Origin: Octopus bimaculoides
Lineage: Eukaryota
Assembly (NCBI RefSeq): GCF_001194135.2
Contig: NC_068988.1
Span: 93,460,549 to 93,524,515, forward strand
DNA: 63,967 bases
Reading direction: 5' to 3'
The notes beneath the pieces are model-generated. The model searched no databases and was not told the DNA's origin. It saw only the letters and a program-made list of their open reading frames with translations. Of this stretch, positions 60,612 through 63,967 are shown in pieces (the first letter of the stretch is position 1; each line of letters opens with the position of its first letter). The position numbers were made by a program, and so were the translations under genes.

Positions 60612-63600
60612 CGGTAGGTTGATGGTGGATCAACTTCCTCCTGATATTCGAAAGCGTTAGAAAACCCAGTTTTGGAGCAAAGTGTTATGAGCCGGGACTA
60701 GCATGCCATACCGTTCGCCCGATACATGATTGGGCTGGCACTTCGGCGGTGGAGATTTACTACATTGTTTCACACTATACCCTCTGATCTACAGATCATA
60801 TCAAATGACCAAGCAATCATATCAACCGATCGATTATCATCGATCAGACTGATTATGCCGACAGAAAAATCGAACATCCAATCAGCAACTAAAACATGGT
60901 AATTTCCGCTTGGAAGATCCAATAACCGTTACGTTATGAATGTGCGGAAAGAAACCACTGAAATGTGTAATCCAGGGATTTTTTCATTTGGATATTTGTT
61001 CTGTCAGATAAAAAAAGTTGGCTTTAAACCACTACCAGTAGCAATGGAAGCAACTGCTATATCCTGATGGGTTGCGTGACGTAAATATTCCAGACTATTT
61101 GTAACTAAGGCAATTTGTTGTGATGTTGACAACACCACCAATCTCGATATCTTTTGGACTTGACATGGAGATATACTGAGATTTGAATCCAAACAAAACA
61201 TACTCATATATCATACATACACTCTGTGATCTAGAAGCACAGAAAAACCATGACAAAGTAATATAAAAAAATATATTAAAAATCAGTCAAATGTATATTT
61301 AGAACGATTTTAAATTTGCACTTTTGTGAATCCCTTAATAAAACAATTTATCACAACAATGCTGTGTGTGACAGAGAGATAGATGTGTGTTGTATTATTC
61401 AGAACAGAGACTACATGTGGTAGGTACATCGTTCTGCTGAGAGAGAAATTTATTTGTTATTTCATTGTGTTCTTAACAAAAACAGAAGATCAGAAAAAGC
61501 GGCAACATAAGAAACAATCAAAGCTTGTCTTCTTTTCTTTCACACGTGTGTGATTTTTAGTCAAGGCAGATAGATGGCGGGGGTGTTCTGATTCTCGAGA
61601 TTGATGGATGGATGCAGATAGATGCAAATATATAAAGACATCTCGCTACATATGAATGTCTTTTTGTTAAGATATGAACGATGCGGAGATGAATTATATA
61701 TGAGAACATGGAAAGATGAGAGGAGATAAAAGCAGCCCTGAGCTACTCAAGTATCCAAGATAACTGTATATAGTAACAATATGTACATATTTAAGTGTCT
61801 TATGTTCGTAGAGAAAAAAATGGGTTATGTACAGGGCCATGTCTTAGCAAAGACAATGTTCTATACTAAGTCGCTGCCATCAAAAAGACAACCACATCTA
61901 ACACTAGAGCAGTTGGGTTTATCGTGACATTATCAAAGCTGAGAAATAATGTAATTTTCAAACAATACGTTACTTACAAAACGACATTTTTAACCCGAAT
62001 TGGTTTTATCAACTATGTCGAAAAGAGAATATCTCTGCTCTTCACATATCTATTACATTTTAAACGAAGGAGCCTCATATGTGGATATTTTACATGCTAG
62101 AGATAGAAGTTAAATCTCCATTATATATAGCACCTAATCGACACTTTAAAATAAAAAAGTGTATCTGTTAAGAAATATTCTGCATCTTAATAAAAAGACA
62201 GGATGGTTACGACTGGAACGCCTCTGATCGATCCTGGTGACTCAGGTCTAAACGACATCAAAAACATGTAAGGAATGTCTGTTTAAATCACAGACCCTTC
62301 CGCTTTCGATTGCAATATACTGAAAAATACTTGAAACATATGCAGGCAGAACCCCCTGTTTTAAGTATTGTCTGGTTGGGAAAGACGATCCAAGAGGTTT
62401 TTCAAATAAAATCGTAGAAGACTGGAAGTCAGTAGTCTGGCATCCAATCATAAGATCACAGATACTCTTTCTGTATAAGACCATCTTTATCATTTATAAA
62501 AAGTCACTGGAATCAAATATCAGTTGTGTTAGTTTGATCTCAAAGTATTGAGTACTTATTTTTTATAAACTTAACTTACTTTTATCACCCTACCCCTCCC
62601 TATACTATTGAAATTAATCTGTGTATATTGAACACTTTGTAATGCTATTGATTTCAGGATATTCTTAATGGGCATACTGTGAAGTTAATTTTCATTGCGT
62701 ACGCCATTGCACCGGACACAGCTTGAACTCAGCACTTCAGTGATAAAGAATCACCCATTTGCTTAACACAAAACGCTTGCAAAATAGTAATAAACTACAC
62801 CAACACATGTGACTTATATAGAGCTAGGTGGACTTAGCCATAAAGTATTAAATGGCTCGGAGAGAGTAGAGTGTCGGTTACATGATACAAGCTATTGGAT
62901 CTCTGTTTGGCTGTCAGCTTCTCTTTGTCAAGCTTCATTTGTAAAAAACAAGTTTTCGATATAAACATAAAAACCAAAACCCAAAAAAAAAACAGTAAAA
63001 AATAATAATCGTTTATGGAAATGGGTATTTTGTGCACAAGAGATATATTTACAGAATTTAGCGCTAAATGTTTTGATGTAACGTTAAGCTCCAATATTTT
63101 GATTTCTTTAGATCAACAGCAATAGCAACTGCGTCTATGATAATGCGTAAAAGTTTACAATCGGCTATCAGGGATGCTGAGAGCAAAATATATCAGGCAA
63201 ACTAGAAAACAATGTGGTTGATATTTCAAAACTTTATTTCTGCAATTCTACAACCATTTCGGTAACAATCATGAATGTCTGCAACCATGCAAGTATTTGC
63301 TATGACCATTATAGTTATGTAACAATTATTCATACAGATAGTGTAAAAATTATATAACATAATTATCAATGGTAATGATATTAAAATTATATAATATTAT
63401 TAATAATGAATTATTGATGTTATAACTAAATAAAAATATCAACGGTAGTTGTAATTAGGTGAGATTGATTTCGTCAGTAATATTTAGAAAAAAAATAGAT
63501 TTATGTGAAGCGTGTTAACAATTTATATCTCAAATCATATACCATGCATGGATATCAAAGAATTTATTAACTGCTTTGAGAAAGAAAGAGAAATAATCCT

Positions 63601-63967
63601 TTCTCTTGCAAAAATGGATTTTCGTCTTTCAAGCTAACAAGGTCAATAAAATATCACAAACGAAATTAAAAATTAAATATTACCATTATATTTATAGTTA
63701 ATATCCCATTAGTCGCGATTTTCAGTGAGTCGTTACCGTTTCCATAGATATCTGAAATTAACTTCAGTCAACGGGTACATTATTTAATTCTTCATTTTTT
63801 TTACATATTTCAAAGCTTTTGTATTCAAATAAATGGCGGTGTCTCAGTAGAGCCACAACCCCTGAATAAAACAAGGAAACGTTGAAGTAAAACGAGTTGG
63901 AATTATCATGAATACCAACATTATCATTATCGGAAATGCAGTCAGCATTCTTTCGAAACACACACAC
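60612..63967 (+). other. putative long 3' UTR of the vestigial-like gene (3' end uncertain)
   Basis: Follows the stop codon; no recognisable SINE copy in about 3.3 kb. AATAAA at 61337-61342, 63645-63650 and 63865-63870, among others. Confidence 0.55.

Overview
AT-rich, microsatellite- and SINE-dense animal genomic DNA with about ten assembly gaps (N runs). The repeat content looks like an octopus/cephalopod genome; this is inference from recognised SINE families, not shown directly. One protein-coding gene is supported: a vestigial / VGLL-family TEAD (Scalloped) cofactor on the + strand. Three coding exons were reconstructed by hand (21214-21487, 56872-57300, 60559-60611; phases 0/1/1). They total 756 nt, i.e. 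251 codons plus stop, from KYAIPSMYD through the TONDU motif VVDEHFTRSL and FPASFW to KKEFYW*. They are separated by a 35.4-kb and a 3.3-kb intron and followed by a repeat-poor putative 3' UTR. The first coding exon is not confidently found (candidate ATG|GTAGGT at 498-506). The rest is intronic: at least four tRNA-derived SINE families, decayed RTE, CR1-like and R4/Dong-like LINE fragments, Tc1/mariner, pogo and hAT MITEs, and simple repeats. Almost all other ORFs in the supplied track are microsatellite or N artefacts. The most notable non-coding signals are: an intact-looking minimal type I hammerhead ribozyme (12603-12648); a 566-bp fold-back mariner with 248-bp arms; a five-fold CACRTGTGAA cluster (Su(H)/E-box-like) in intron 2; a consensus CTCF site; and a decayed local tandem array with a conserved CTAG-bounded hairpin upstream of exon 3. 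No prokaryotic-type system (CRISPR etc.) is present.
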